DNA from: Chiloscyllium plagiosum
Lineage: Eukaryota
Length of the DNA stretch: 47,686 nucleotides
Reading direction: 5' to 3'
NCBI RefSeq assembly: GCF_004010195.1
Contig: NC_057718.1
Span: forward strand, 76,144,334-76,192,019
A model generated the notes under the pieces. It was not told where the DNA came from. It worked only from the letters and a program-made list of their open reading frames with translations, and did not search any database. Shown piece by piece: positions 25,676 to 38,183 of this stretch; the stretch's first letter is position 1; the number at the start of each line of letters is the position of its first letter. Both the position numbers and the translations under genes were made by a program.

Positions 25676-26473
25676 AATTAAGACCAAGGGATACAGACTC
25701 AAGTCGACATGGCAGACAACGGTTTTAGCTATTCATCACCAGATCTGGCAGCCAGCTCTAGATCACTTGTATCTTACAAACTACCGACCCATTTGCAAAC
25801 TTCCTTTTCTTCTTCAAAATCCGTGAATGTACTGTCACCTCCCAAACCAATGCATTCCTTCCAGGAACTAGTGTTTGAATTGCTCTGATCAGGTATATCC
25901 CACTGGCACCGTATAGAAGTGGTTGTCATTTATAAAGCATGATATTTGATATTTAGGCCAACAGATCACAATGTCACAGTCTGGTGACAGTAGAGTGTGA
26001 TGAATCAACTTAATTTTTTTTGGGAAGCCTTCATTAATTAATATGGCTGTGGTGAGTACTTGCTCACAAGTGTAACCACAGCAGGTATCAGCATGGTCTG
26101 AGCTTTGCACAGCAACAACAACTAGAGATATATTTTAAAGTAACAACTCCACATTGACTACTGGGGAAAATAGCAGAACAAAATGGAAAATGTAACAGTT
26201 TCACAAGATGATAGGAATAGTAACAGGGAAAATTTAGTGCAATGAAACCTTGTTTGAATAGCTCAAGCAGATGTACCCATGTAAAGGAAAATCAAAAAAC
26301 GAATATCACACTTAGCAGGTTTGGGTATTGAAAAGTCCAAGATTCCAAAGCCAGATGAGGAGAAAACTCCACTGTAATAAAGGCAATTTTAAGAAATTAT
26401 ACAACTGTGAAAAACAAGTTTGCAACGAAACTCAAATATGGACCTGCCTTCTTCACAACACTCATGTACTCAC

Positions 26474-26553
26474 TGTTTTGAAGGTTGCTGGCCCCATGGT
26501 ACACTTTCTGATGAGCTCTCCTCTGTCATGCTCCCACCTTCATTGCTATCCTC
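26474..26553 (-). CDS. SENP6: SENP6 exon: EDSNEGGSMTEESSSESVPWGQQPSK(Q)
   Basis: taag acceptor (AAG/GAG tandem), CA|gtgagt donor, 80 nt, phase 0 to 2. Acidic-SSE-W-KQ pattern matches the SENP6 segment preceding PCIL. Confidence 0.85.
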
Positions 26554-27167
26554 CTTAATAATAGGACAAATTTTTATAGTCAATACAAAGGACTGATCCT
26601 GACCAGCAAGGTTTGTGAAAAGTATGAAGCAAGTCATATTAATGAGTTCATAATCATCAATTCTATCCCACCTCCCCTTGATTCAAGTTGTGAGAACAAT
26701 TCAAGTATGATATTTAGAATGACATTTTTATATCTCATAATCATCTCATGGAGGACAAAATAAAACAGACAAATGCATAATCATTGCACCAACTAATCCA
26801 TGTATTTTTTGCACAGGAGCTATTAACTGTCGAGAGATATAATATTTTGTTTTCAATGTCAACATCACAGTGCATGTAAAATGCAGTTTCAACTCTCTAT
26901 GCTATCTAGTCATTAAGGTGACGTGAGATTTTATGCTGCTTTTCACACATTAGGCTTTACTGTAAGATTGAGAATATACGCTTTTACACAGTGAGTGGTT
27001 AAAACCTCAAAACCACTACCTACACGAATGGTGGAGGCAGATTTAATTGTTACTTTCAAAAGGAAATTTGATAAATACCGAAAGAGAAAAATTTGCAAGT
27101 CCACAGCGAAAGGGCAGGGACATGGAGCTCCTACAGAGGACACCCTTGGCTTATTTGCATTCAAAAC

Positions 27168-27300
27168 GGTTCTGAAGCAGGGTCACTGGACTTGAAATGT
27201 TAATTCTACTTTCTCTCCACAAATGCTGCCAGGCCTGAGCTTTTCCCAGAAATTTCTATTTTTGTTTTAGATCTTCAGCATCCACAGTTCTTTGTTTTAT
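27168..27300 (+). mobile_element. Old PLE terminus with a decayed hammerhead
   Basis: gttctgaagcagggtcactggacttgaaatgttaat followed by ...cagcatccacagttctttg. Confidence 0.55.
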
Positions 27301-28347
27301 ATTTTTGGTTTAATATAATTTTGTATTTAAATATTAAATTGAATATAAATACAAACAATCAATCCCTTCTGCTGTTAAAACCAAATACAAACTACTGGAG
27401 GATTAAAAGAGTTGGTAACTTAACAGTAACTTATGAAATAACAGTAACAGGCTGGAAGACATAGGAAAGACAAATGATATTTACAAACATCATTCTATAC
27501 ACAGACATTCTACAAGATTTGAGGTTTCACTTTTGGTGAGATTAAAGCTTGAGCATTACATATATAGAGACACAATGAACAGGGAACTAAATACTGTAAT
27601 ATTGCAAGTGTGCAGTTAAGACCAATGTGCTAAAAACTGCATAAGATTGGGGCAAATACGAAGCAGTCTAAGATATGGGTTTGAAATGCAAGTGCATAAG
27701 ATAAATAAGAGTAGTGAGCTGGAGATGCAGATCATCGACATGGAACATGACATATCAATAATAATAGAGGCCCTGTCTCAAAGAAAGTGTAGAATGAGAA
27801 CATCTGGTTACAAGTTACATAGGATTGATAAGGAAGAAAAAAATGAGAATTTGCAATATTGGTCAAAAAGGACTAATGTTATTAAGGGAATAATGAGATA
27901 ATCTATTTGATTAAAATTAAGTAACATAGAAACTTTTATTCTACTTAGTGTATACTATAAGCTACCAAATAATGTGAAGGCTAACTTTAAAAGTATGCAA
28001 AAATTACAGAGTAACCAGAGACATACTACTGTCCTCACATAGAATGGGCATTCAAAACTAGAGCTCCTTGTATAACTGAAGATATCATGGGTTAAATTCA
28101 ACAGTCATTGAAACTGGGTGTGGGATTGTAATGCATTGCACACATTGACTGCTATGCAGTCAGCATGACAATTTCAAAAATGCAAATAGCTTTTCTCTTT
28201 GAAGTGTCAACAAATGATGCTGTTATTCTGAAACACCTACAAGTGCAATTATTAATGAGTCATACATGTATGAGGCCATAAGAAGACTATCCTGTTACCC
28301 TTAAAATAATTACACAATAAAATTGCTATACAGGGTTCTGGTCTCAC

Positions 28348-28427
28348 CTGACTATACTCCTGATCTGGCAAAAAGTCAAAGGAATCATCATCATCAGCAT
28401 AACTGACTTGGATTTGCCTTAAAGCAT
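28348..28427 (-). CDS. SENP6: SENP6 exon: (D)ALRQIQVSYADDDDSFDFLPDQEYSQ
   Basis: tttctaaacag acceptor, CAG|gtgaga donor, 80 nt, phase 1 to 0, exactly bridging its neighbours. Resembles the recalled human DGLSKIRLNYSDE...DFSEDQDNQ segment. Confidence 0.85.
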
Positions 28428-30021
28428 CTGTTTAGAAAATCAACATACATTGTAATCAGTGTTAAACTGAAAATTCTAAACATCAACAGCTCCATTAAAC
28501 CTGTAGCTCTGAAAATTATGAAACTGATGTTAACATGGTTCAGAATGTGCTGAAAATCAAAATTAATAGCAGAATGTCCTTCAACTTCAATGGTCAATCT
28601 TGGGACAACCTGATCACCAACCACACCCCAGTCACCCTTGCAATTATCCTCCAAAATCAAGGAACATCTGACTTCAAATTAGCAACTTCAATTATCCCAA
28701 CCGCAGTGTCCTGTCCTGGGTCAGTCAGCTGGTTGTTTAAGTCACGACAGTTTTCAGTTTCATTCACACCCGCCTTATAAACATCAAGAACAAATTCAAG
28801 AGTTATTTCTTGGAATCAGATGCTGGAATTTAAAATAAATATTTGCTCAATCCTCTAAGGCAGGGGTGTTCTATGTGGTTGACTTAAATGCCTCATACTC
28901 CATCAGATACACATGACATACACCAAGCAGATAGCTGAATATCATGGCACATAAATAGGCTTAACTGATAACTTTGGGTCACAGTGAACCCATCAGCTCC
29001 AAGCATTTCTTAAGTTTAAAACTGCAACTTTGAATCTATTGCCTGAATTTACAATTTTACTGTTTCATAACAAATTTTGAAACAAAAGCAACGTAGCACA
29101 TTCTGTGACAATATTGGTGGAGAAACAAAATGAAATTGTTGTTTTGGAGTGTGAAGCTTTCCACAGAAGGTACAGCACTTTCAGACAGAACAGTGAGGTT
29201 GGAAGAGAAGTTGAAAGAAGGTAAGGAGGTAAATCTGGAGATAGTGGACCTGAATAAGCAAAACCTGCAATGACTATGTAAGAGAATTGATTTTACAATT
29301 AGTAGTTTTTAGCAGACCAACAGTGCTGGTATCATTGTTAGACAAATGCTGTGTGCAGAAAACATGAACTGATGTACCTTTTATTTGTAAAGTACCCAGA
29401 GCGTTCACATAGTACAAAACCATAATCCAGCTCGAAAACTTATGACATTTCACAGCCCCTTCATTTCTAAACTATGTTTCAGATTAAAGGAACCATAATT
29501 TTCAATGAAATCTCTGAAATAAACTTGCAATATAATCAAAACACCTTCACATTTGATACCAATTGAATGTTACCCAAATGATTTCCAAGGGTGTAAAATG
29601 ATGAGAAAGTGGAAAACCCACAGTGGGGAAATCCACACTAGAAAGCACATTTCTGCCTCCCCCCCCAGAAAAACTTAAAATATTTACTGAAAGTGGTGAA
29701 TCAAAATGACAAAATTAAGTGTCAATAATGGATGAAAACTCATATTTCTGCATATATTATTGAAAATAATGTGTAGCAATATCAGAACCAACTAATTAAA
29801 ATCCAAAGAAGTGAGAACCAAGGAGTGTAAAGTTGTCATTAATTATGAAATCAGTGAAACAAATTCTGAAATGACAATTTGGCAGGGGTACCGATCTCAA
29901 ATGGCAACTTGTAAAGTTTACTTAAATCTTGACAATTTCAGGTTCTTTTGTACAAAAGATCCAAAAGGAAAACTTCTCGAGTAGATCAAGAATAAATGTT
30001 AACAACTACCTAGCTGTTTAC

Positions 30022-30401
30022 CTTCCGCAACATTTTGTGCCTTCTGGTTTGAGTTTTGGTCATCTTCTGATTCAGTATCCAGTTGATTAACATTACTCAG
30101 GAATTTATTAGTTGCTAACAGACATCTTCTTGTATGTAGTTTATCAAATTCCACACACTCACAGATATTGCCAGCACTAAGTTCAGGGATTTTGTCTGTG
30201 GTGTCAGGGGATTTTCTCAGCACATTTGCTGCAGTCAAGTTGTCTGCTAAACCATCAGTCTCCCCTGGCAATGATGGCCAGTTACTGTTGCTTTCCTCTA
30301 GTACGGAGTTGTTGATTTGCATTCCTTCATTTTCCTGTGACTTAGAATTTGATTCAGTGCAAAGGCCAGGAAAACAAATCACAGCCAAAAACCAATGAGC
30401 C
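30022..30401 (-). CDS. SENP6: SENP6 exon with catalytic His (AHWFLAVICFPGL) and start of the long disordered insertion
   Basis: ttgttttag acceptor, AG|gtaaac donor, 380 nt, phase 2 to 1. Overlaps ORF 29999..30388. An alternative donor 12 nt further on is also in frame. Confidence 0.93.
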
Positions 30402-31321
30402 CTAAAACAAAGAAAAAGGATTTTACATTAATATCTTGATTCATTCCTAAAGAACTTAGGCACTTAACTCCGTTTTCTAGGTTAGGTTAATTATGCCACA
30501 ATGAAAGCTTAGAAAACTTCTAAGTTATATTTTCATAAACTGGTCTGTTTTCAGATGACTCAGTAAATTATTAAGTAACGGACAGTAAAAATTAGGGTCC
30601 TATTCTAGATTTCTATAAATTTGAGCACATGTGGCTATAGTAGAAATCACTGGTCTCAACACATGGATGCAACGGTCTTTAGCTTGGGCACTTCTTGCCT
30701 TAACCGTTCCATGCTTCAAGTCTTCCCTCATTTCGCCTTTCATCCTTGAATCACGATCCAAAAAACACAGTCACTCTCTCAAAACCTCCTCGCACCTTAA
30801 TTGGGTTGCTTCACAGTTTCCTCTGCTTTAGTGCCCATAGAATCTTCTGTATTTGTCAAGTTACTGATAGGAAATTTACTAGATAGTTATCAAGGACGAG
30901 GAACTTCAGTTATGTGGAGGAAGCAGGAAAATGGGGAGGATTATCGTTGAAGTAAAACAGAGGGAGCGAGGCAAGATTTGATGCAAATGTTCAAAATCAT
31001 GAAGGGTGCTGAGAGAACAAATAAGGATCCCAACTCCCAGTTGCTATTCAGTTGAAACATCACATGCAGATTTTGGCTGAGGGCAGGATTAGACCAAGTT
31101 ATAATGTCTGCAATACTTGATTGATCAGTTAAACTTTGTTATGGATCAGGCATTAATAACAGCCATTTAGAAGTGTTCATGGATACCCCAGTTTCTTATG
31201 ATCTAAATTGATGATACTACTAGGTAAGTCAGAACCTAGGATAAAATCTGGCTTGACAGAACATATGTTTATTTTATTTGTTTAGTTGGTTAATGTAGCA
31301 GTTAGTCACCAAGACATAATA

Positions 31322-31630
31322 GCGACACAGTTACTCAGTGGTTAGCAGTGCAGCCTCAGTGCCAGGGAGGCAGGTTCAATCCCACCCTTGGGTGACTGTG
31401 TGTGTGGAGTTTGCATAATCTCATGTCTGCGTGGGTTTCCGCCAGATGCTTCAGATTCCTCCCACAGTCCAAAGGTGTGCAGGTTAGGTGAATTAACCAT
31501 GCTAAATTGCCCAAAGTTTCTAGGAATTTGCAGGCTAGGGGATCATGGGTGGGTCTGAGGGGGAAGCTCTTTGGAGGGCCATTGTGGACTTGATGGGCCA
31601 AATAGCCTGCTTCCACACTGTAGGAATTTT
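31322..31630 (+). mobile_element. V-SINE (HE1-like)
   Basis: ctcagtggttagc head, ggttcaatccc B-box, V-domain, tail gggccaaatagcctgcttccacactgtagg. Confidence 0.83.
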
Positions 31631-31875
31631 ATGGAAAGTAACAGTCACATTAGATTGGAGATTGTCTTTAACAACAGAATGAAAGTTTATTAAACAAAAG
31701 AATTTTAAAATTTTACTAGAATTAGCTCAAAACACTTAGCAAAACATAAGGTTCAATTTGTCCCCAACATTATTCATTATGTAGTCTCAAGTCCAGAAAG
31801 AGAGATCACCCCCTTATCTGAACTCTTTAGATTTTTACTTTCTTAAAATTCATTCATGGGACATGGGCATCATTG

Positions 31876-32072
31876 GTGAAAAATGTGGTGCTGGAAAAAC
31901 ACAGCAGGCCAGGCAGCATCCGAGGAGCAGGAGAATCGACGTTTCGGGCATAAGCCCTTCTTCAGGAATGTCGATTCTCCTGCTCCTCGGATGCTGCCTG
32001 GGCTGCTGTGCTTTTCCAGCACCACATTTTTCAACTCTGGTACTCCAGCATCTGCAGTCCTCACTTTCTCCT
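31876..32072. mobile_element. Fold-back PLE-terminus element (family A variant)
   Basis: Inverted arms; perfect 15-bp TSD acatgggcatcattg at 31861-31875 and 32073-32087. Confidence 0.92.
31933..31969 (-). ncRNA. Minimal type-I hammerhead ribozyme motif
   Basis: ATTC-CTGAAGA-A-GGGC-TTAT-GCCC-GAAAC-GTC-GATT. Confidence 0.72.
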
Positions 32073-32572
32073 ACATGGGCATCATTGACTAGACCAGCAT
32101 TTTATTGCCCGGAGGGCAGTTAAGTGTCAATTACATTGTTGTGAGTCTGAAGTCACATGCAGGCCTGACCAGATAAGGACAGCATTCCCTTTCCTAAAGG
32201 ACATCAGTAAACCAGATGGGTTTTTCTGACAATCAACAATGGTTTCACAATCATCAGTAGACTCCCAATTCCAGCTATTTATTGAATGCCATTTATTTAA
32301 TGTCCCCAGACATTACCTGGGTTGGTGGATTAATTGTCTGGTGATAATACCACTAAGGCCATAACCTCCCCATCACTTAACTGACTTGACAGTTTTCTTG
32401 CTGCGGACTTTAAGAGAATTCAATGGGTTTTTTTCCAAATCCGTCAACTTAAGCTTTTTCACAAATCTGAGAGCCTCATGTGAAGATTCATAACCAAACC
32501 CACTTGGCCTAGAAATTTCTCAAATTAAACTCTTCTGCCAAGGTAGTTTATTCCAAGAACTACCTCTCGGAG

Positions 32573-32969
32573 TGATGTGGAGGTACTGGTGTTGGATTGG
32601 GCTTGACAAACTTAAAAAATCATAGAACATCAGGTTATAGTCCAACAGATTTATCTGGAAGTACAAGCTTTCGGAGCGCTGCTCCTTCACCAGATAGCTA
32701 GTGGGGCAGGATCACAGGACACACAATTTATATTGAAAGTTCAAAGTGCCATACGAAATTGTATGACACTTTGAACTTTTACTGTAAATTCTGTGTCCTG
32801 TGATCCTGCCCCACTAGCTACCTGAAAGCTTCTCTGCTCTAGTGCCCAGAGAGTCTTTTGTATTTGTCAAGTTACTGCATAGGAAATTTACTAGATAGTT
32901 ATCAGGGATGAGGAAAGCTTGTACTTCCAAATAAACCTGTTGGACTATAAATTAATGTTGAGAGATTTC
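32573..32969. mobile_element. Older fold-back element (family B-related), both hammerheads disrupted
   Basis: Long inverted arms with apex at ~32755-32760; degenerate TSD ctacctctcggag / ctacttctaggag. Minus core reads CTGGTGA; plus core is replaced by an insertion. Confidence 0.8.
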
Positions 32970-33792
32970 CTACTTCTAGGAGGAAAAGAAAACTAGTTTC
33001 TAAACTCAACATTGTGGTCATTTGAACTAAACAGAAAAACTTGCTTTTGAACTGAATTTTATAAAAACGTTGTTCATCATAAATTCTTCTGAACCATAAA
33101 CAAAGTAATGGCCCAACTTGTTTCCTTTATAATGCTGGATTTGCGACATGTAAATGTCTTACCAGGAACACAACAGGAGCTTGCAGTCATTGCACTCTGA
33201 CACATTTTGATTAGATCATTGTTCTGGAGGGACATTGAGCATTTTTGTTGAGGAATCAGTTTTTTTCCCCTACTTCTCTCATTCACAGATGGGGAGCAAA
33301 GCACTGAGTTTCCTTTCCTAAAATCTCTGACTTTCTCAACAAGGCCCATCTTAAAATTGTATGATCAAGCTTTTTTGTCATCTGTCCTAATGTTGCCTTT
33401 GGGTCATAAAGTGTTGTGGGATGTTATACTACATTAAAGGTGCTGCATCAATTCAAGTTGTTGTTATTGTTATAATTCAGCATTCGCACTGTACATAAGG
33501 TTCTAATCTTATGAGAGAGATTACTGGTGATAATTCAGTACTGGTTTCTACATTTTATTATTCTTTTGATCCATGGATACATCCCCAGCAACATCAACCA
33601 TCAGACAAATATTCTGTTTTATCTGTGGTCCTCTTAGGAGAGTGGTTAATATAAAACCTGGAAACGGATGAAATATAACTGAACATACTTCAAGGGGAAA
33701 GGACATCAAACCGTAGCACTTGAATAATTCGCAAGACCAATATTTATGATATCCTGCATAAATTAACACAATCAGGTTGCTAGAGTACTCAC

Positions 33793-33885
33793 GTTTCATT
33801 AATAGGAACAAAAATAAAATCCTTTTGAAAGATATCCACGTGTCTTGTCCATGTTTTCACTCTGGCATGACGTCGTTGTGGTAAC
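33793..33885 (-). CDS. SENP6: SENP6 exon: [30 protein letters not shown](T)
   Basis: ccacttag acceptor, AC|gtgagt donor, 93 nt, phase 2 to 2. [12 protein letters not shown] motif. Not in the ORF track; found by reading the minus strand. Confidence 0.95.
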
Positions 33886-34669
33886 CTAAGTGGTAGATAT
33901 CAGAAGACTTGAGGTCACAGATGAAAGAGAATCACATGACAAAAAGCATTCTCTGCTGTACAGCCTATATGAAAATTGAACTAATTGGCACCAATTAAAA
34001 TGGCAGTTTATTATCATTCAAATTTAATCTTGGGACAGTGTTAACTAATTGAGAACCCGTGGCAGAGTGACAATATTTATGAGGTACCTTCAGCATACAA
34101 AATATCAAGGAACATAACCACAGAAAGAGGTTAGGTCAACTGAACATGTATTTGTTTGAAAATAAAGACTTACAAAGGTTTCCAGAAAGTATTCACAGTA
34201 GTAGAGATGTAGAAAACATTAAAGTATTTCAAAAGTGTCGATTCAAAGTGACCAAAATCTCTGCTCATGATGCAGTATAATTGTAGAAAGATAAAAATAA
34301 CTGAAAAATGCTTGAGGACATTCAAAGATGAAAGATTTTGTTTCGGTAGATAAGATTCTGGCATTAAACAAAACTTTGAATCAGACATTGGGAAATTCAG
34401 AGAACCAATGTTGTTCGGCAAACAGAAAGCGGGAAGAGGAATGAGTGTGTTGAAAGGTAAACTGGATATGCTGCAAAGCAGAAAACAGGCAGCCACAGTT
34501 TGGATAAGTTGTAACATGTTTAGGTGGACAATGGATTACTACAGCACAAAAGTAAAAGCAAGGCAGAACTTTTCAAAAGTAAAACCAAAGTAGAAACAAA
34601 ACCACCTCCAGCATAAGTCAAATAGAAAAAAAATTGAATGCATGAACATAAGAGGATCAGAGAACATTG

Positions 34670-35275
34670 TCCATGATAACACACCAAAATTGGAGGTGTT
34701 GTGGACAGAAAAGGTTACCTCAGAGTACACCGGGATCTTGATCAGATGGGCCAATGGGCTGAGGAGTGGCAGATGGAGTTTCATTTAGATAAATATGATA
34801 CGCTACATTTGGAAAGGCAAATCAGGGCAGGAAGTATATGCTAAATGGTAAAGTCCTGGGGAGTGTTGCCAAACAAAGAGTCCTTGGAGCGCGGGTTCAT
34901 AGTTCCTTGAAAGTGGAGTCGCAGGTAGATAGGATATTGAAGGTGGCATTTGGTATGCTTTTCTTTATTGGTCAGAGCAGTGAGTATAGTAGTTAGGTCA
35001 TGTTGCGGCTGCACACGACATTGGTTAGGCCACTTTTGGAATAGCATGTGTAATTCTGCTCTTCCTGCTATAGGATGTTGTAAAGATTGAAAGAGTTCAG
35101 AAAAGACTTACAAGGATGTTGCCAGGATTGGAACATTTGAGCTATAGGGAAAGGCTAGAGTGGGGCTGTTTTCCCTGGCGCTTCGGAGGCTGAGGCGTGA
35201 CCTTATGGCAGTTTATAAAATCATGAGGGGCATAGATAGGGTAAATAGACAAGTTCATTTCCCTGGGTTGGGGTG
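34670..35275 (+). mobile_element. CR1 LINE RT C-terminal fragment
   Basis: gataacacaccaaaattggagg, gagttcagaaaagacttacaaggatgttgcc, LRRDLMAVYKIMRG. Confidence 0.82.
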
Positions 35276-35329
35276 CTGTAGGCAGTCAGCTGCAGCAGAA
35301 TTGCATTCTACCTCAATTTGTAAACCTGT

Positions 35330-37280
35330 GGCCTCTTTAGTCCTCAATTTTACTACTACCATCAAGCCAGGTGCAGGGATACCCCATCATTTTGGATGGG
35401 AATACTTATGGAACAATTAGTTGTTTAATTATGCAGAACCATAGATATCGCAGGAACTGCAGAGCTTCGAAATCAAGCCTATTTCAATGAAAGCTGCAGA
35501 GGAACTACAAGTAGCACCAGTTGATGCTTAAAAATAAAGGGTCAATCAGGTGAAGCAACAAAACAAACAAATGGATCTGATCAAAGTGCTGCAGTCCTGC
35601 CATAATTAAACAATTGCTCAACAAATGTTCCTATCCACAATGATGGGGGAACCCAGCACCTGTGCAAAAGACAAGGGTAAATATTTGCATTCATCTTCAG
35701 CCAAAAGCGCTGAATGGACAATCTACTACGGCTCCTCCAGGTCTCTCCAGCATCACAAGTGTTAGCCTTCAATCAATTTAATTCCCTCCTTATGATATTA
35801 AAAAAGTTGAAAAACAATGCATACTGAAAAGACCCTGACAACATTTTGGTAATAGTACTGAAGATCTGTGTTCTAGAACTAGCCGCATTCCTCGTCAAGC
35901 TGCTTCAGTACACTACAATACCGGCATCTTAACTGGCAATGTGGAAAATTGCTCAGATATGTCCTGGTCACTCAAAGTAGAACAATTGTAACCCAGTCAA
36001 TCAATTACTACCCTACCAAACTACATTCTATCAAGAAAGTAGTGGAAGAGGTCATCGACAGTGCTTTTATGCAGAACTTGCAAAGAATGACCTGTTCGCT
36101 GACATTCAACTTTGGTTCTCCCAGGGCCAGATGCTTCTGACCTCATTAAAGCCTTGGTCCAGACACAGACATAAGATCTAAATTCCAGAGACGAAGAGAG
36201 AATGGGCGCCCTTGATATTAAGGCAGCGATCAGAGTATACTATCAAGGAACCAGCTTAACCGAAGTCAATAGGAATCCAAGGAAAAGAGCCATGACTAAC
36301 ACAAAGGAAGATAGTTGTAGTTTTTGGAAATCAGCTATCTCAGTTCCAGAACATCATACAGAAGTTTCCCAAGGTGGTGACTTAGCTCAACTATCTTCAT
36401 CTGCTTTATTAATTACTTTCGTTCCATTATAAAGTCAGAAATGGAGATATTCACTGATAACTGCACAATGTTCAGCACCACGTGCGATTCATCAGATAAT
36501 GAAGTAGTCCATATTCAAATGCAGCGAGACCTGGACAACATACAGGCTTGTGCTGCTAAGTGACAAGGAATATTAACACCATACAAGTGACAAGTAATTA
36601 ACATCTCCAATAAGTGAGAATCTGATCATCAACCTTTGAGTTTTAATGGAGTCAACATTACCAAATCACCCACAATAAACATTTTGGGTGTCTCTATTGA
36701 CCAGTTATGAAATTAACCAAGCATATAAATATTATGGCTAAAACAGCAGTTCAGAGGCTAAACATTTTTCTGGTGACTAATTCACCTCCTAACTTCCCAA
36801 AGCCTGCCCACCATCTACAAGGCACTAGTCAGGAGAATGAATGGATGTGGGCAGCTGCAAAAACACTCAACAGGCTTGACACCATCCAGGACAAAGCAGC
36901 ACACTTGACTGCCATTACATTAACTCCTTCCACCACTGACATACACATTGCTTCCACCATGCAGTCAACAAAATGCATCACAGTAAGTCACTAAGTGTTC
37001 TTTGGTCTTACAAACCCACCCTGACCACCTAGAAAGACAAGGGACAACAGCAGCAGATGCACAGGAGCACCACACCATTTCAACTTAGAACTATATCGCC
37101 ATTCCTTCACTGGGTCACAATCGTGCAACTCATCACCTAACAGCATTGAGTGTGTTCCTCTACCCTAATGGCTGCAACACTTCAAGGCAGCTGCTCACCA
37201 TCTTCTCCAGCTCAATTAGAGATGGGCAACAAATGCTGGTCTAGCCGTTATTGCCCACATCACAAGAACAAATAAAAGCA
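35330..37280 (+). mobile_element. Degenerate L2/CR1-clade LINE with 3' tail
   Basis: INYYPTKL (decayed NYRP), ALDIKAA, ttcactgataactgcaca (decayed FADD), LDTIQDKAA; tail caattagagatgggcaacaaatgctgg. Confidence 0.75.
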
Positions 37281-38060
37281 AACTGTGGTTCTCAAGTCTC
37301 TTAGAAGTTAATTGATAATCCAACAAAATAAAATTAAGCTACTGAGGGAAAGGGTTATTAGCTAGGTTACGATATCCTTTTTATTCAATGTGCAAGATAA
37401 TGGTTTAAAAATCATTAAAAATCAATTTCTTCCAGAAATACATGAACTGGGATTCTGCACATGACAGCCAAAGATGTTCTATTACATAAATCAAATGAAC
37501 AGAAAACCACTGGGAGGTGGACCAGCAGAAAACTCTAGCCTCAAGCTTTAGATGAATAAACAGGGTGCGTACTAAATTAAGTGCATCTATATTGGGACAG
37601 GATGGTGTATCAGGAAAGGATATTTTAGAAATTGCCATTCATCCAATATGGAAAGGGAAAAACAAGTTCTTCAAATGGAACTGAAAGTATTTTGAAAGGC
37701 ACATCAATAATTAGTTAAAGCAAAGTACTGTGGATGCTGGAAATCTGACATAAAATCAGAAACTAATTTGATGTGGAAAAGAAACAGAGTTAATATCAAG
37801 TCTAGTACAAGTTTGTTTCTTTCTGCACAGGTGTTGGTAATCCTGCTGATTTTCACCAGCATTTTCTGTTAACAATGAAAAGTTAGGGTCCAATATGGAC
37901 ACTCCCTCAACACAATCAGCCTTACTGATTTCCCATTGGTTTAATAGGACATCCTCAAAACTTTGGAAGAACATAGGATTTTTCACAAAACCCTTTTCAT
38001 GCATCCCACTCCAATACAGGAAAGTCACACAACTGTTGTTTCTCAGTTATGAAAGCTTAC

Positions 38061-38183
38061 GATAAATTGGCAGATTCCGGAATGTTCCGTCGTTCTCGTT
38101 GATTCAGTCGTTTGTAAAAAAAGGAGCTGAAAACGTGTACTCTATCTGCATCTTGCTGCTTGATCTTTTCAAGAACTAAATAC
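38061..38183 (-). CDS. SENP6: SENP6 exon: [40 protein letters not shown](S)
   Basis: ctctgcag acceptor after a pyrimidine tract, TC|gtaagc donor, 123 nt, phase 2 to 2. FSSFFYKRL motif; the NQRERRN context fits SENP6 better than SENP7. Confidence 0.96.

Larger units (their letters stand above)
31845..32372 (-). mobile_element. tRNA-head SINE, interrupted near its tail by a fold-back element
   Basis: Minus strand starts ggggaggttatggccttagtggtattatc; body matches 25440-25675. Confidence 0.72.

Noticed and set aside
26060..26122. Possible extra SENP6 exon (VAVQSSDHADTCCGYTCEQ)
   Set aside because: Weak splice sites, and the flanking exons 26474-26553 and 16636-16704 already join in frame without it.
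33793..38183. Back-splicing of two phase-symmetric exons (216 nt) driven by the family A copies flanking them
   Set aside because: Each copy would pair with its own adjacent arm first; the sequence gives no evidence of a circle.
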